Source: Fistulifera solaris (Eukaryota). Taken from it: a stretch of DNA of 64,000 nt. Location: positions 2,108,001 to 2,172,000 of the forward strand of contig AP026124.1 in assembly GCA_030295235.1 (NCBI GenBank), given 5' to 3'. Of the stretch, positions 36,727 through 51,215 are shown one piece after another. A model generated the notes under the pieces. The model worked only from the letters and a program-made list of their open reading frames with translations. It was not told the origin of the DNA and did not search any database. The translations under genes were made by a program, and so were the position numbers. The stretch's first letter is position 1; every line of letters begins with the position of its first letter.

Positions 36727-38121
36727 TTATACCCAGCCCTCGTAAGGAATCAAATCAAAATTCGGTTCGACAATACCGTTGCGGTGCAATCCATCGATCA
36801 TGCCCTTTTGACCGACCGCACGCCAATCACTGACCTGTTTTCCTACAACGATAAAAACTCGAAGAGCGACAGCCGCAAGGATGTCGTTCGCATTCTGGTC
36901 AAATTGTGGATTCGACAGGTCCGTATTATCAAACAAATGAACCCGCTCTGGAAATGCTCTTGTTCGAAATAGATCTTTGATGACATCATTGCATGGATGA
37001 TCGGTCGATCTCGGAAGAACGAACGGAGGATAGCAGTTGTTGGTGTTCATAGGAGGCTCATTGAAGGTCAACAACCGGATAGGAAAGGTAGAATCATCCA
37101 TCACTTTGAGTAGGTGCCCTACAAACGTGGTTAGCTGGCTTTTAAACTCGGCTTGCGATAAGGGACGCAGTGGCTCTTCCAAGCTGAGAAGAATGTGCTT
37201 GCACTTTCTCAATCTTTGTTTCGTTTCAAGCTCCCAGTCCACATCTGGATGAACAAAGTTAGAAACATTGTAGTAATGAAACTTAAAAGGCCTTTGACCT
37301 GCCGAAATTTGCGGTCGTAACTGCAGAAACGTTTCCCATAGTTTGAAAGCACTATCGCTTCCCATGAAGCACAGTAACTCATAGTTCCCAAGCTCGTGAA
37401 ACTTATAGAACCCATTCGGATTGGTATTTGAATCATCCACTAACACGACAGAGTTTGCCGCTTCGAGCATTGTGTAAGCCGATAAATCTTCTTGCTTCGG
37501 TAACTTCCAAACATAATCTGGCAGACCCTTGTCCGACAGAGTACTTGACAAGGTCGACACCCACGCTTTATTCAAAAATAGAGAGTTCGGCTCACCTGAT
37601 TCATTCGGTGAACTTTGTTCTACGTGTACTAGCATATCAATCGACTGAGAAAGTGGACGCCATTCCGTGCGATCCCTTTCGCAGCCATACCAGCGCGCAT
37701 CGACTTTGTACGGTCCTGACATGGGGATAGCAAAATTCCCTTTCCACATCCTGTCACTTTCTTGCTTCAACTCGATGTTCACCAAACAATGCCCCACGAG
37801 TCGAATCCAGAAACCAGGGTACTGACACGTCGTGTCGGCAATCTGCAATAGCGCCTCATGTGGCCCGGCGCTGTACGCATTACCGGCGGTATTATGCAAC
37901 TTGAGTATCAATTGAACGCCACGGGATACTTCCAAAGTCTCGTAATGATATCCCTCTTCCTTCATTAGCTCGGTTTCCTCGACGTAACTGAATCGCAGAA
38001 GAAAGATGACAGTCGCGTGAAGGAAAATCAAGCCTATAACGATGCATTGATAAGGAATGCGGGCAAAAGAATACCGATAGACAGTCCTCATACTGTTGTT
38101 TCTCTTAAAAGATGCGAGCAT
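36727..38121 (-). CDS. Hypothetical type II membrane protein, possibly NXPE/PC-esterase-like
   Basis: 464-aa ORF with one N-terminal TM, a beta-rich segment (FAIPMSGPYKVDA) and LCFMGSDS; family call is weak. Confidence 0.7.
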   Translation of the reverse strand: MLASFKRNNSMRTVYRYSFARIPYQCIVIGLIFLHATVIFLLRFSYVEETELMKEEGYHYETLEVSRGVQLILKLHNTAGNAYSAGPHEALLQIADTTCQYPGFWIRLVGHCLVNIELKQESDRMWKGNFAIPMSGPYKVDARWYGCERDRTEWRPLSQSIDMLVHVEQSSPNESGEPNSLFLNKAWVSTLSSTLSDKGLPDYVWKLPKQEDLSAYTMLEAANSVVLVDDSNTNPNGFYKFHELGNYELLCFMGSDSAFKLWETFLQLRPQISAGQRPFKFHYYNVSNFVHPDVDWELETKQRLRKCKHILLSLEEPLRPLSQAEFKSQLTTFVGHLLKVMDDSTFPIRLLTFNEPPMNTNNCYPPFVLPRSTDHPCNDVIKDLFRTRAFPERVHLFDNTDLSNPQFDQNANDILAAVALRVFIVVGKQVSDWRAVGQKGMIDGLHRNGIVEPNFDLIPYEGWV

Positions 38122-38477
38122 GGACGGCGATACTCACTTATCAAGGTTAACTAGATCGATGGTAGTCGATTGTCATTGTCAGAGAAAACATATCTCCTTC
38201 GTCCTTGTTTTTTGTGGTTGGAGTAAAATTTCATGGTCATCGAAATTTTACATTTATGCCACTGGTAAACTTCCTGTCTACTACTTTCCCCACAGGAACA
38301 AGCCCAGCGCTATAGCTAGGTATTTGAAAGAAATAAATAAAAAAATAAATCAAGTTACTTGTAGATAAATGACGAAACCCCGTGATCTATTATTCTTTAC
38401 AGTTATCAGATCTTCTATGTGTGAAATATATGAACGATGTGACCCTTGCCAAAAGAGTCAAACTCGTTTCATTTGCA

Positions 38478-41400
38478 TTAAGGGAACAGAGAATCGTTCC
38501 CAAAAGGAGCGTTCTTGCGTTCCGCCAGAGACATCGACGGAACGGGTTGTTGCTTGTTCATTTTCGTTAGCCCCGTAACAAAAAATGATCCGTTCACCGA
38601 CGGATCAAAGCGAGATTTGGCGTGAGTTGGTTCAATCGATTGAAATATGGCGCCGAGTGATATAGCCGCGGATAAAGCAGCATCTGCTTCATCCTCCCGC
38701 GCCGCAACCGACGGGTCTGTACTCTCCAAAATTCCTCCGGCGTGCGGGCTTTGGAGATTTACTTTGTCTAGTACAGCTTTTCGACGGAGCATTGCCGCGA
38801 GATAAATGTGCGAATAGTCGTATAATTCTTGGGTAACCAGCTCAGTGGCCCTCTCCAGTACTTTTCTGGATGGATCTGCCGTCCCCTTGCGACAGTAGAA
38901 CCAGAGTGAGCCATAGTTTGGATCGGCATTCAAACACGCCTGTCGGAGATCGCTCAAATCCAGGGAACTTGTGATTGCCTCGGGGGCAAGAAGTTTTCCT
39001 ACAGACGACACCAAGTCTCCGTACTGCCCCGCTTCATTTGAATCCTCCGTGATTATGTGCGAGATCCCTACAGTAATTTTGCCAATATACTTAGATATCG
39101 CATCATCTTCTGGGTGCTTGGATCTCGCAAGCTCTAAATCTGCTTTTGTTTCTTTCCAGATTATATCTGCAACGCTGACCAAACATTGCTCTAGAACCTC
39201 AAGCTTTGCGCCCTCCACAAAGCTGTCGCCGTACTGCGGTGTGAATTTAGTCGCAAAATAGAGATGTCTTCGTGCTCGACCGATGTCGAACGTTGTAGCG
39301 AAGGGATTCAAATGTACCCTAGCGCCTTCGCACCAGACCTCGCCACTCTTTGGCACGGCTTGTAAGGCATGTTTAAGTACATGTCTCTGCTGTAAGTCGC
39401 CTCCATCATACTGTCGAAGTTGAATTAAAGATGCCCATAACCGCCCAGTTCCGTAGTGCAATTCCAGAGCGCTCGAGCAGATCTGTACAGCGCGCGAGAA
39501 TTGAGCGTTCCGTATCTCGAGTAGCACACTCTCTAGCCAAACCTTCCAGTCATGTGCATATTCGGATCGGCCCTTACAAAGAATGGCACGTGCCAAATCT
39601 GTATCTCCGAGAAATTCTTCCAGTCGAGCACATTCCAGAAGAGTTGAAGATCTTCCTTTCTCTGGTACAGCATTGTGAGCTTTGAGGAATAACTTCCGGG
39701 CCCTCTCGTTTTGTCCAAACCCTAATTCGCTTCTGGCAGCTGCAAGCCAAACCCGCCATCGCAAATTACTTGGACATGTGAGGGATGGTGAGAGAAAGTC
39801 TTCGTCTTGCAGGATCCAACAAGTCGTTGAATTGCGGATCATCAACTGATGTGCGCTGCAACAAGGCGCGCTCAAACATCTGGGCCGCTTCCAAATGCAC
39901 TTTCCAAACAAGTTCCTTACTAATGCTCTCGATTGCCCGTTCGACCATTTCATACACTGTTGGAAGCTCAAGTGCGTTGTTTGTGTGATCGATTTCCTCG
40001 CACATGCGCAGGGCACCAAACCACAAAGGTCCGTATCGAGGAATAGCAATGAGACCCTTTTCGACAACTTTTAGGGCTTCTTGAATTTGACCTTGGTCTC
40101 GCTCAAGGCGATATGCCTCAAGATATAATGGCCCGTACCACGGAACGTGATGCATCAAATACTTGAGTACGCGGCGAGCAATTGTGGCATTGCCAGCTCG
40201 GGCTTCAATAAGAGCACCCTCAAGCACCGTCTTCCACGCTTTGTGTATGTCAACGTGTTTTAGTCTAGCCAGAAGCACACGAACCGTGTCTAAGTTTCCC
40301 AGCTTTTCTTGGAGCTTCAATGCTCGAATCATTAATGCCTCATTGTGTTCACAATATTCCAGCCCAGCATGTAGTATATTCATCACTCGATTCATATTTC
40401 CACATTCTTCTTCAAGTTTGCTGTATTCAAGCCATCCTTGAAACGCATAGGGTTGTAGCTGACATACTTGTTGATAAAGACGACGTGCTTCCGTAAATCT
40501 GTTGAAGCGTTTGGCGAGATCAGCCAACTCAAGGTAGACCCGCCAATGTAGTGTTTCAGGAACAGAGACCGATTCAATAGCGCGCAAAGCGAATTCCCTG
40601 GCTTTTGCAAAGGACAACTTTTCTTCAGTTTTGAAGGATCGATAAAACTCTTTGAAGGCGGTGCGAGATGCAGGACTTTCGACCAACTCTGCTCGCCGAT
40701 AGTCAGCGTGATCCTCAGACAACGATGCTGGACCTTTCTCGCCTTCCTGGATTGAGGTCTTCGATTGATCTTTGCCCTTCCTTGACGTGGGAGTTTTCTT
40801 ACCTGCCGTTGCTGCGTCCGCTTTCTCTCTACTCTGCTGGGGTAAAAGCTTTTTCTTTCCTCTTTTCACCCGGGTTCCATCACTCTTTTTGTGGTTCGCG
40901 TCTCTTGGATACGCATCAAAACTCGTTGCGGAAGACAGACTGAATGTAGGTGTAGGCGTCATGGCGGCCCTTGAATATTGGTCGTACGAACCAGCAGACA
41001 TCGCAGAATGCCAACCACCAAAATGTGGAGACGGCGTCGTCGCGGCTCGGGAATTAAGGTGAGCTTGATGCTGAGGATAGCCGTACATGTAATTTGGCAC
41101 TAAACGCATCGTCGAAGTATTTATGCAGCTGTTCTGATCTGAGCTGGGATCATTGGGAGGAGGCGGCCATGCTTGAGTCGGAATCTGGTAGCTTCGAGTA
41201 GTAGAAGGCACAAATTCGGGGGCGGTGGCTTGCATTTCCGACCCAAGCCGTTGATGTGGAGATGTTGCTGGTACGTAGTATACGGGCGTTGGAGAAAAGC
41301 TCTGACTTTTTCGAACAGCTGCACCCAAATTGTTTTCATGCGAGGCATTGCCGACTGATGCAGCCTGAAAGTTCGTCTGCTGGGGGGCACCAAATTGAAA

Positions 41401-42681
41401 ATTGGTCGTTGCAAATGTAAGTGGAGAGTGAGTGTAGTGATGCACCGCTGTTGCCGACGACGGAATCGGTTTCATGAAGCTCCCACTATTTGACGTTGGA
41501 ACGAAAGCTCCACCAAAATTGATTAGCTGCGGAGGCAAAACCTCATCAGTGCGAGGTTTGCCGAATTCAAAACTTTCGTTTACATTTCGCCTTGGCTTTG
41601 GTTGCTGTGCATGAAGCAAATTATTCCGTTGTGAGCCCGCGGGGCGTCGCCGTCCCTTTCCCTCTCTGTGACTCGCATAGTTACGAGGAACAGCAGGTTT
41701 TGTCAACTGTTCACCACCGAAGAAAACATACGACCCCGTCCAGTCATCGCCACTCGCAGTAGCATGGGGGTCTCCTCGAAATGTTTTCGACAGCTCAAGT
41801 GCGCAGTCATCATCGTCGTCCTCCTGTAACAAGTTTCCTAGATCCTCACGTAGTCGTAGGGTTGTCGGAGATAAAGCTGTGTTTCGACTCACTCCGGTGC
41901 TAATAGCAGAATCATGCCCGGGAGGATTCGACAATGACGAGGAAGACAACTTCCCACCCGCTTCAGTCTGCGTTGTGCTGTCTCCACCGATCCGAACGAA
42001 CGGAGTAGTCACCGACGCACCAGGCGTTGGTGCCGGAGCAGAGAAAGTGGGAATGTTTTTACTTGATTCGCCCGAGTCTTGCCATAAGGGATCATTTTTA
42101 ATGGTTGAGTCGTTTGTTTGTGGGCGTTCCGTAGAATGTAAAGCCGGTGCGCCCAAAGTCAGCCCAAAGCCCAGAAAGTTTGTTTCCTCCCCGCGTTGCA
42201 CCATTGGGGCCGTTGGCATTGCAGCTACATCCCCTTGCAAGCTGCGTAACTTATCTGGCGAGGTCTCGTACGCTGATTTGTACATACTTGCTCCAGGCGT
42301 TCTCCGCAGAGCCGAAGAATCGTCTTCTTTTGAAAAGAGATGGTGTGGAGTGTGCGACCTCATTGATAGATCTTCCATGTCATCTTCCTCGTCAATAAGT
42401 GTAGGTGTTGTTAAATCAAATTGTTTTCGACGGTCTCGAAGACTCGTTCGCGAAGAGGGACGACTTGATCTCCCCCCAAAAGTCGGCTCTTCGCTGTCAA
42501 AACTATGTGACTCCCATGATCCCTTTCGTAATGACACAAATCTCTCTTCCGCGAAGCTATCACTTTGCCGTAACTCATCTGATTGATTTATGCTTTCAGT
42601 AGCTTTTCCGCTATCACCTTCAGCAGGTGCCGCCCGCCTCGCCGAGTCAGCCGTGTCACTGTCCCCCGGCGCCTCGCTCAT
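38478..42681 (-). CDS. Large HAT/TPR-repeat protein with disordered N-terminal half; frameshift at ~39780
   Basis: Repeats such as WLEYSKLEEECG, GPLYLEAYRLE, VWLESVLLE, KSGEVWCEGAR, ADPNYGSLW. Confidence 0.85.
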
Positions 42682-43239
42682 ACCCCCCTCAAGTTCCTCA
42701 GCTCACAAAAGTTACGGATTCCGTAACTCTATATCAGCTGATATATTTCCTCTGAGAACAACTCAATAATGAAGAGACCCGATCAATGCCCCGCAATTCT
42801 GTTGATAATAATTTGAATGTCGATCTCCGAATTTGCCCTCATGTCGGTTAGAAAAGCTGGCGCGCTCCTCGGACGGCGAGCGTCTACAACTACAAGTATC
42901 GCGTTTTCGCAGGCCCTTTTTCTGCACCGAGAAATACCGGATCGGGCCGCACCCGCACGTCGCACTCGCACTTGACACGAATGCGGTAAGTTACTGTTAC
43001 TGTACAAGTACCGGTACTCAATCTGCATCAAGAAAACCTATACTCCGAGTAATACACAGTATACTTACTACCTACTACGGTACAATTTAACTAATCATAT
43101 CGTACCGGTACCTAGTACTAGACAGATTATAAAATCCGTACGATGCAAGACGGTCGTTCGCGGTAACCAAGGAAAATCTTCGGAGCAACTCGTTTTGTTC
43201 CATTTGTTTTCATCATTCGCATTTTGAATTCTATACACC

Positions 43240-45247
43240 ATGACTATTCTGGACCCAGATCAAACTTTCGCGTCACTCTCAGACGTGGTTGGTTTGGACG
43301 TCCGGCTCAAAAAGGCTGTCGCTCGGCTAGGGCACTCGCGGCCTACCTTGGTGCAATCGAAATGCCTGCCTTTGGCCATTTCGTCAGGAAGAGATCTGCT
43401 AATTCGGGCGAAAACAGGATCGGGGAAAACATTGGGTTATCTATTGCCCACATTGCATAAAATTCTTTCCAAAAAAGGCTCATCCGGGGGTATTGAAGCG
43501 GTGATTATGGTGCCTACTCGGGAGCTTTGCCATCAAGTTCAAAAAACCATCGAAAGCCTTAGTTATTACTGCGACGATGCAATCACCGTTGCTGTGCTAT
43601 CCATTGGGAAAGTTCGTGGTTCCAAATCGCGTCAGGATTTAGAGAGACAAGAAGCCAGTCTCCGTGATCAGCCCAACATTGTAGTTGCTACACCAAACGG
43701 GCTTCTTACCCACATTCGGTCGGGTGCCTTGGACATCAAAACCACTGTTCACACCGTGGTCGTTGACGAGGCGGACTTGGTTCTTTCTTTCGGGTACTCC
43801 AATGATGTAGCTGAAATCATGAAGGCTCTGCCGCGCATTTATCAAGGTTTTCTCATGTCAGCAACACTTTCGCCAGACGTGGAATCGTTAAAGAAGGTCG
43901 TTCTGCATTCTCCGGTTGTACTTAAACTCGAACAAGACGACCCCCGGGACGCAAAATCAGGATCCCTGAAACAGTTTTACGTGAGTTTGCCAAAAGAGGA
44001 CAAAAAGCTGGTTATTTATGTTTTCCTTAAGCTGGGCTTGCTGAAAGGGAAAGGTATTTTCTTTGTTAATTCAACCGATGGGGGATACAGGCTGAAGCTG
44101 TTTCTTGAACAGTTTCATATCCGATCATCTGTTTTGAATGCAGAGCTTCCTTACAGAAGCCGCATGAATATTATTGAACAGTTCAATGTTGGTAACTTTG
44201 ACTATTTAATTGCAACAGACGAAAGTGCAGATGTTCGAAGTGAACAGAAGAAATCAAGTAATAGCGACGACGAAACCGACAGCGATGAGGAGCAAAATAC
44301 AAAAAAGGGGAAAAAGAAAGACTCTGAATACGGCGTCGCTAGAGGCTTGGATTTCCGAAATGTTTCTTTTGTTGTCAACGTTGACTTTCCCCCCAGTGCA
44401 AAGTCTTACGCCCATCGTGTTGGGCGAACTGCACGCGGTGGAGCGAAAGGGGTAGCTTTGAGTTTAGTCGACAATAAGTCTGCGGAAGAATTTCAAACCC
44501 TGTTGGCGGTCCAAGACGATCAACCCGCCCTCCCGGCTGCTGAATTATCGACGTTATCTGGTTCGAACATCGACGACGCGGAAGCATCATTATCTGCTGC
44601 TAAGGATATCCCACAGCCGAGTCCTCTTGACTTTGATTTGGCCGAAGTTGAAGGTTTTCGGTATCGAGTAGAGGATGTGGGACGTGCTGTGACAAAGAAT
44701 ACGGTACGCGAAGCTCGAGCCAATGAATTGAAGATGGAACTTTTGAACTCGGAAAGGTTAGAAAGTCATTTCGATGAGAACCCTGCTGATTTGCAACTGC
44801 TTCGTCATGATCGCCTGGCGACGAATGTCTCCAAAGTGCTGGATCATTTAAAGCACGTGCCTAAATATTTGCTTCCGAAAGGGATGCAAGTAGCAAATCT
44901 CAACAAGAAACGAAAGAAGAAAAAAAGTCAAACACGGAACGGGAGGCGAGCGAAGAAAAGACAACGACCCACTACAATCATTTGGAGGAGACAAAAGTTC
45001 AAATGATATTGACGGCGACATGGAGCACGACCCTCTGGTAGCTGAATTCATGGATGATGGTACAGATGACGAAGAAGGTCCTAGCAAGAAACAGAAAACT
45101 CAATCTGAGATTTTTGCGAATACTCGCGATGGTACCGGTCAGAGCACAGCTGGTCGCAATGCGTGGAAACAAAAACACAAGAAGGGCCAGTTTAGTGGAA
45201 AGAAGCGGAAGTCAGAGCGCAAGAAAAAAGATCCTTTGGGGATTTAG
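43240..45247 (+). CDS. DDX56: DEAD-box RNA helicase DDX56/Dbp9; frameshift at ~44950
   Basis: AKTGSGKT, PTREL, DEAD, SAT, FLEQF, EYGVARGLDF, HRVGRTAR, HLKHVPKYL. Confidence 0.95.
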
Positions 45248-45526
45248 TTGGGCATGCTGATCTAAAAGTCTGATTTAGAAATCGAAGTTTAGATTAAGTA
45301 GCATAAGTCTAAAGTCTCGAATCAGAGGACAAGGTAATGCGACTGACTTTTAAAATCTACAAGGAATCATCAGCCACGACAATACCCTGTTCTCAACTCA
45401 ACTGGATTTCGGAGTATATTAGCTTCAACGTACGGTTGTTTTGAAAACGCTAGCAGAACGACCGGGGCCTGGTATCTAATACTCCTAGCATTTTGATTCT
45501 GCGTCTCAAAATATATAGTTTTAGTC

Positions 45527-45980
45527 TTGCAGTCGTGGCGAATGGTCGCCTTCCCTTGGTTATATTATTGTCATTATTCGCAAGGATTTTCGACAAAAAG
45601 ATTCAAGACACGAATTTCAAATGCTGCTTTAGGTTGTCGCATTGTGATGAAGGTAATAAAAGGCTTCGATTTTAGTGGATCTGAACAAGCTCAGACTCAA
45701 GCTCAAGTATAGCACAAGAACGATTCATGAATGAGAATTGCAGTCGTGGCGAAAGGGCGCCTTCACTTTGAGTTTATAGTAAAAAAAGAAGACATCGATC
45801 CACAACGCGATTTTCGACATAAACAATCGAGGCGTGCATTGCAAATGGTGCAAAAAGAAGTGAATCACGTTGAACAACAAATTAGCTCAACAAGTTTCCA
45901 GAACGCAAGAAGATAGTTGGGCAGCAGTTGGAATCGAAACATTGATAATTCATGACTGAAATGCAGTCGCGGTAAAGTTG
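45527..45980. repeat. Degenerate intergenic tandem repeat, 2-3 copies, period ~211-223 bp
   Basis: TTGCAGTCGTGGCGAA..GCCTTC...GATTTTCGACA at 45527 and 45738; partial TGCAGTCGCGG at 45962. Confidence 0.65.
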
Positions 45981-46075
45981 ATACGACACTTGGGGCCATC
46001 GTACATTTTGTCTTATTTTTGCAGATGAAGGTAATCGCAAATTAGAGTGCGCCGGCTACCCACAACATCATCGCC

Positions 46076-47179
46076 ATGGTGGGGGAAACATCATTGAATG
46101 AGACAATATTGTCGAGTTTAGGCCGTAAAGCGAGAGAGCGACTGACCGAGGAACGCTCGAAGCGCCCGGAAATCAGGAGAATCGAAGCACCGACCGAGGT
46201 CGAACAACATTCGTCTTCCGCCAAATTTATTATTCCACCCAAGAAACGAAAGCCTTCTTCCGAGCGATCTCGACTAAGGAAACGAAAATCTGCGGTAGAC
46301 GATACAAATGTGGATCGATGGTTGCCCTCTTTGGCACACCTTGTTGTTTTGCCGACGGAAAGTCGATCGCGTTTGGTCCAGCTACACGGTCTTCCCCTTG
46401 AAACAACCGCCGGAAAAGTGAAGCGCTTTTTTATGGGTTTAGACCCAGAAAAAATACTGTTTTTACCCACTCGACGTGATCAAAGACGAATCATGTCCTT
46501 GGACGCAGTGGCTTCCAATCCGCGCAAGAAGGGAGGCGTTTTCGTGGAACGAAATTCACCCGATTTTCGCGTATTTGTGCTCTTCGACTCGGCTCCTACT
46601 GCGGCATTAGCCGTGGATCGATCCGGAGAAGTCATGGACGTCGACAGCGACACGGGCGCTTCCATTGCTGTGTCCATGGTCCCTAAACCGTTCGCGAGCT
46701 ACTTCCTAAAACACATGACAGTGGAAGCCCGCGCTGGGGCATCTCTTCGACAAAGGTTAGATGAAGTCGAGCGCACGCTCAATCCAAAAGTAAGCGATAT
46801 TTTGTGGCAGCAGGCGGACGAGGTACTTGGTCTGCAAGTCTCTGACACGAATTGCAATGTGAAAAGCTCGTCCTTCCCCGTATTCATCAATACCGGATTA
46901 TCGGGTTACAAAAAACTAAAGCAGCAACTTGATTGGCTTGTCGAGCAACGCCAAAGCTTATACTATGAATTGCCTTTCCCTTCTTGTGAACTTTTGGACC
47001 CAAGTTTAGACGCGGACCCAACGATGCGCCTTTCGACTAGTGCCACGAAAGCCCTAGAACATGAAATAGATCGCATTCGAGCGGAATTGCTTGTCTTGAT
47101 ACGCTACAAATCGCATTTCTCCGTTCCAAACAAAGTGGATGAAGACGAGATTTCTACATCGCACGAGCAAGAAATGTAA
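46076..47179 (+). CDS. Hypothetical protein with quasi-RRM (hnRNP F/H-like) domain
   Basis: VQLHGLPLETTAGKVKRFFMGL...RVFVLFDS; basic NLS-like PPKKRK. Confidence 0.75.
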   Translation: MVGETSLNETILSSLGRKARERLTEERSKRPEIRRIEAPTEVEQHSSSAKFIIPPKKRKPSSERSRLRKRKSAVDDTNVDRWLPSLAHLVVLPTESRSRLVQLHGLPLETTAGKVKRFFMGLDPEKILFLPTRRDQRRIMSLDAVASNPRKKGGVFVERNSPDFRVFVLFDSAPTAALAVDRSGEVMDVDSDTGASIAVSMVPKPFASYFLKHMTVEARAGASLRQRLDEVERTLNPKVSDILWQQADEVLGLQVSDTNCNVKSSSFPVFINTGLSGYKKLKQQLDWLVEQRQSLYYELPFPSCELLDPSLDADPTMRLSTSATKALEHEIDRIRAELLVLIRYKSHFSVPNKVDEDEISTSHEQEM

Positions 47180-47194
47180 CGCAAATTATGTACA

Positions 47195-47970
47195 TTACTT
47201 CTTAGCTCTCCTTTTTGCTGCTTCGTGCATTATCTTCTGTACATGCTTGGAAGGCTCATCATTTCGAACGATTGCCTTTTGTGCGTCCTTTTTCCACCGT
47301 TCCACAGCATCCGCTTGTTTTTCGCTGCAACACAAATCGATCAAAGAATCCTTTTCGGGAGCCAGCTCCTGCAAAAGTCGTGTACCATCGTTGCTGTTTC
47401 ACTTCCACACCGTTTGAAATACCCCGGTTTAGATCCTGCCAGTGGACCGCACTGTAGTCCCAACTGAATCAATTCAAACAGCGACAACGCGCAGGCTTTG
47501 CATATACTGAGTGTTTCGGCATTTTCCTTTCCGATAGCGTGGTATTTCAAAATCGATTTCCATTCCGTTGCACAATTCAAGATGGCACGAAGAACATTGC
47601 TTTGGTAAGTAGAAGGTTTACTCAAAGCTAGCGTCGATGTTTGGATGGAATATTTGACATTTTTGACTCGTTGATGAAAATGGTTCACTTCGTTTTGAAA
47701 GTGTGATGATTCTTCGGCAGGCTCGAGTGACTCGTGCGGGTGTTTCACCACTTGCTCTTCTTCTTCTTCTTCTTCGAAGACCATTGACTCGTCAACTTCA
47801 TCTTCATCTACACTACTCTCGTCACTATTTTCTTCCTCAACATCATCCTTGACGACTTTGTTTGGTTCCGGTGGTCTCCGCCGCCGTCGGGCATTGTGTT
47901 TCGGCAACCGTCGATCATTCGGACCTCCCCGTCCACGAAAGACACGCCGCTGCTGTACGTGTCCTAACAT
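47195..47970 (-). CDS. Hypothetical protein; frameshift at ~47370
   Basis: Basic then acidic N-terminus, LQCGPLAGSKPGYFKRCG core, continues in another frame to RRAKK-stop. Confidence 0.7.
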
Positions 47971-48593
47971 TTGTGATGAATAAATTATCAAACCAAGACA
48001 ACAAAGAATACTCAAAATGCTTTCCTCGTAACGTCTCAAACACGCGGTTACCGTTTATTGGACGCGAGTGCGTCTGGACTTCTCAGCCTACACTTTATCA
48101 AATAGTGCACATTGCTGGGTGGGGGTAATTCATTCCATCGACAACATGAATTACAGCAAACAGCACCTATGAAAGTATAGAACTTTTTAAACTATTCTAT
48201 CTTCCTTTATGGCCTGCATGAATTGCTCTGAATTACTGGCTGGCCCTTTGATAATATTTGTATGAACATATTGTTATTGAGAGGGCTAAAACATGCTAGG
48301 ACTGCAATCGAGCTAAGTCACAAACTTCCCGCTTCTACACTTTACCCTATAGCGAATTTACAGCGAGAGGGCGGCCTCTGTTTGATTATCTCCAACATAA
48401 ACAACAACAACAACCTCCATATCATCAACTGCAAGATAACCGTATTGTATCCATGAATTAATGAATTGGCAGAATCAGTTCGACTATTGAGCCGAGGGAG
48501 GTCGACAAAATCCTAGTCTACGCCGAGCTAAACGAATGTCCGAAACAGGGCATTAGGGCATTAATTTTGTATCCAGTTATACAACAAACGGTT

Positions 48594-50132
<1,539 letters not shown>

Positions 50133-50476
50133 TTGGAGCTGTATGTTGGAATGATTGGGATGATGAAGAGGAAACAAGAAAGGTATGAAGAGAGAAAATG
50201 AAGGCGTTATATATTGTGGTGAATGCAACAATGCCGGCCGACGGTGAACCCCAAAGAAGATAAAAGGCGCGCGTGAAATCTCCCTCCGAGATTTTGCTAT
50301 CAACAAGAGTGTACCATACTTTTTAGACCAGATTTAATTTGAAAACACCCGCGCGCCCATTTGAGTCATGAAGCTTAGTCATGGGCGCTACTCTGTAGGA
50401 CCTGAGGTTGAAGTGTTGTTCGTTTTTGAGCGCGACTCTCTAGAGTTCAGTCATGAGAGTCATCCGGTGGAATGAT

Positions 50477-50486
50477 GGCGGGAAAA
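50477..50486 (-). promoter_or_regulatory. Candidate E2F site (TTTTCCCGCC) in the DHFR-TS / coactosin divergent promoter
   Basis: Exact TTTSSCGC match upstream of a classic S-phase gene; function inferred. Confidence 0.4.
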
Positions 50487-50606
50487 TAGATGACAGATGA
50501 CCCTTTATGAAATCACACTTTTCTCGGTTATGTTATTGCATTCGTTCCACAAACGAACCCAGTGAACCCCACAGCCCGTCTCCTTTCTCTCTCTTCAAAT
50601 ATCATC

Positions 50607-51118
50607 ATGTCGAAAGCACCGCCTATGCTGGCTGGGACTCTACAAACAGATCCCCGATCGGGAGGATTGAAACGAAGCAGTGGTGTCAATGTATTGCCAT
50701 TGGTGGCCGAAAGTAAGTCTCTACAAGGTAACATCTCCTATCCTATCTTATCATTCGAGTTAACTCAATATTTCCTTTCCACGTTCATAGCTTGGGCACA
50801 AGTACGCGACAATCACAATACCAACGTGGATTGGTTGTTGGCCGGATACGATCAGGGTAGTAAAACGGACATTACCGTCGTGGCCCAGGGTCACGGAGGC
50901 CTGGAAGCTTGTGCAGCCGCCCTGCCGTCCGACGAACCAGTCTTTGGAGGATTTCGATTGAGCAATGGACGCTTTCGACATTTTTATTATGCCCCCGAAA
51001 GTGCTTCCGTAATGAAAAAGGTCGAGCGTCCATGCACAAGAATGGGGTGTTGAATGTGTTGGAAGGTTGTGATGGTGAAATTTCGATTCGACCCGGAATG
51101 ACCGAGATGGATCTGTGA
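50607..51118 (+). CDS. Coactosin/ADF-H-like actin-binding protein; intron 50713-50790; frameshift at ~51017
   Basis: WAQVRD..NVDWLLAGY, QGHGGLE, PVFGGFR, KKGRASMHK. Confidence 0.75.
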
Positions 51119-51215
51119 ACGCGCCTGAAAAGAACTAGATAGATAGATAGAGATGAATAGTCGTCATAATAGTAGAGGAGCGCTGTGCTTCATAACGGTG
51201 TGTTTCGAAAGGATC

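Noticed and set aside
41879..42586. 235-aa plus-strand ORF (and similar antisense ORFs such as 61985-62593)
   Set aside because: Shadow frames of real genes on the opposite strand
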